Of a stretch of 63,615 nucleotides of DNA, positions 61,460 to 63,615 are shown one piece after another (positions within the stretch are counted from its first letter, which is position 1; every line of letters begins with the position of its first letter). Made by a program: the position numbers and the translations under genes. The notes under the pieces were generated by a model. The model was given only the letters and a program-made list of their open reading frames with translations, ran no database searches and was not told the DNA's origin. The DNA comes from Chiloscyllium plagiosum. Taxonomy: Eukaryota. The stretch spans positions 2,749,498 to 2,813,112 of the forward strand of contig NC_057755.1 in NCBI RefSeq assembly GCF_004010195.1, written 5' to 3'.

Positions 61460-63275
61460 ACAACTTCATCAGTGAGCCTCAGGTAAAGTGCTGGCGTTAT
61501 GTCCCACTTTCTATTTATGTATCTTGTTTCTTAGGGCGAGTGCTACCTCTTCCGGTTCATTTCCACAGATGATGGTATATGGACTCCAAGTCGATGTGTT
61601 AATTACTAGAGTTCTGGTTAGAATTCCATGCACCTCAGAATTCTCGTGCATGTCACTGTTTAGGTTGCCCTCGGATGGTTGTGCTGTCGCAGGCAAAATG
61701 GTGCCCTGCTTCACCTGTATAAAAAGATACTAGTGATAGTGGGTCATGTCTTTTTGTGGCTAGTAGACGTTCATGTATCTTGGTGGCTAGTTTTCTGCCT
61801 GTTTGTCTAATGTAGTTTTTGTTACATTCCCTGCATAGTATTTTGTAAGTTACATTCATTTTGCTTGTTGTTCTGGTTGTAAGTTTGCTCGCTGAGCTGG
61901 AAGCTTTGTTTTCAGATGTTTCGTCACCATCATCCTTGAGTTTCCAGTGAATCATTGGTGTTACAACTAACAAAATGAATGCCACTTACAAGTATCATGC
62001 AGGGAGTGTAACAAACACTACCTCAGACAAACACGCAGGAACCTAGCCATCGGGATACATGAACACCAATGAGCCACAAATAGATAAAAAGATACTCGTG
62101 ATAGTGGGTCATATTTTTTGTGGCTTGTTGTTGTTCATGCATCCTGGTAGCTAGTTTTCTGCCTGTTTGTTTGATATAGTTTTTGTTACAGTCCCTGTTG
62201 TTCTTGGTTATAAGTTTGCTTGCTGAATTGGAAGGTTTGTTTTCAGATGTTTCGTTACCATTCTGGGTAACTTCATCAGTGAGCCTCAGGTAAAGTGCTG
62301 GCGTTATGTCCCACTTTCTATTTATGTATCTTTTTTCTTAGGGCGAGTGCTACCTCTTCCGGTTCATTCCCACAGATGATGGTATATGGACTCCAAGTCG
62401 ATGTTTTAATTACTAGAGTTCTGGTTAGAATTCCATGCACCTCAGAATTCTCGTGTATATCACTGTTTAGATTGTCCTCGGATGGATGTGCTGTCGCAGG
62501 CAAAATGGTGCCCTGCTTCACCTGTATAAAAAGATACTAGTGATAGTGGGTCATGTCTTTTAGTGGCTAGTTGACGTTCATGTATCTTGGTGGCTAGTTT
62601 TCTGCCTGTTTGTCTAATGTAGTTTTTGTTACATTCCCTGCATAGTATTTTGTAAGTTACATTCATTTTGCTTGTTGTTCTGGTTGTAAGTTTGATCGCT
62701 GAGCTGGAAGCTTTGTTTTCAGATGTTTCGTCACCATCATCCTTGAGTTTCCAGTGAATCGTTGGTGTTACAACTAACAAAATGAATGCCACTTACAAAT
62801 ATCATGCAGGGAGTGTCACAAACACTCCCTCAGACAAACACGCAGGAACCTAGCCATCGGGATACATGAACACCAATGAGCCACAAATAGATATGACGTA
62901 CTATCGCTAGTATGTTTTCATACAGGTGAAGCAGGACACCACTTTGACTGGGACAACACATCCATCCTAGTACAAGCTAAACAGAGACACACATTAGAAT
63001 TCCTGGAGGCATGGCATTCTAACTGGAACTCCATCAATTAACACATCGATTTGAACCCCATCTACCATCCTCTAAGAGAAAAAAAGAACCAGGAATGATA
63101 TCACTCATCCTAAGAAACCAAGAAATATAAATAGAAAGTGGGACATAACACCAGCACTTCACCGGACACTCACTGATGATGTTACCATGTATGGTGATAA
63201 AATGTCTGACAACACACCTTATTGCTCAGCGAGCAACCTTAGAACCAGATGCTCAACCTGAGCTACAAATCTTCT
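61460..63275. mobile_element. Third PLE family: GIY-YIG fragments in both orientations with an ~807-bp-period duplication; hammerhead at 62243-62282 (minus)
   Basis: ORFs 61653..61985 and 62460..62792 (NVTYKILCRECNKNYIRQTGRKLATKIHE) are near-identical. Motif TCA-CTGATGA-A-GTTACC(CAGAAT)GGTAAC-GAAACATC-TGA. Confidence 0.85.
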
Positions 63276-63340
63276 GAAAAATTGCTAATTTATTCAATCT
63301 GCAATTTAACACTTTCTGTTCTCTTATTTCTCATGCAGTT

Positions 63341-63467
63341 TTTGATTAGATTAGATTACTTTACAGTGTGGAAACAGGCCCTTCGGCCCAACAAGTCCAC
63401 ACCGACCCGCCGAAGCGCAACCCACCCATACCCCTACATGTACCCCTTACCTCACACTACGGGCAAT
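63341..63467 (-). mobile_element. 5'-truncated V-SINE inserted at the exon 2 acceptor of the second GPCR
   Basis: GATTAGATTAGATTAC..CAGTGTGGAAACAGGCCCTTCGG...CACTACGGGCAATT matches 57976-58108. Confidence 0.9.
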
Positions 63468-63615
63468 TTAATTTACTTTCAATTCTGATTCTGTCCCGAG
63501 GAAAGTGCGGCCTCTCAACCTGCACCTGTCTTTACCTGGTAGCCATGGCGATAGCAGATCTATTTGTTATTATCACTGAGGTTATTCTGTGGCAGATTAG
63601 CTCTTATTATTTCCC
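63468..63615 (+). pseudogene. Start of exon 2 of the second GPR139-like GPCR (probably disabled), runs off the window
   Basis: Frame from 63470 reads NLLSILILSRGKCGLSTCTCLYLVAMAIADLFVIITEVILWQISSYYF, homologous to exon 2 at 39948. Not in the ORF track. Confidence 0.85.

Noticed and set aside
63520..63560. Minus-strand micro-exon (GCCATGGCTACCAG|GTAAAG)
   Set aside because: Better explained as the plus-strand GPCR coding sequence YLVAMA.

Overview
Repeat-dense vertebrate genomic DNA, very probably from a cartilaginous fish. The basis is HE1-type tRNA-derived V-SINEs, abundant CR1-type LINEs, and the two-exon GPR139-like receptor family that is expanded in sharks. Host genes: one apparently intact two-exon class A GPCR (exon 1 38113-38179, exon 2 39948-40864, 327 aa); a second paralogue (exon 1 59487-59553, exon 2 from about 63468, running off the window) whose splice acceptor is separated from its coding exon by a SINE; and a full-length, structurally compensated but branch-site-variant U2 snRNA (2558-2746, minus). 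Two homologous CpG-rich CCAAT-box promoter/first-exon modules face each other at about 16.0 kb and 29.2 kb. The rest is CR1, Tx1/L1, Penelope-like (PLE) and Gypsy/LTR remnants, three satellites and three N gaps. The most striking non-genic signal is a set of minimal hammerhead ribozyme motifs from at least four PLE families. They show base covariation (helix III palindrome ACGU/AGCU; C3-G8 to U3-A8). Several sit in 180-230 bp hairpin-plus-tail mini-elements flanked by 12-14 bp target-site duplications, two of which are almost identical. All calls were made by eye, and boundaries of old repeats are approximate.
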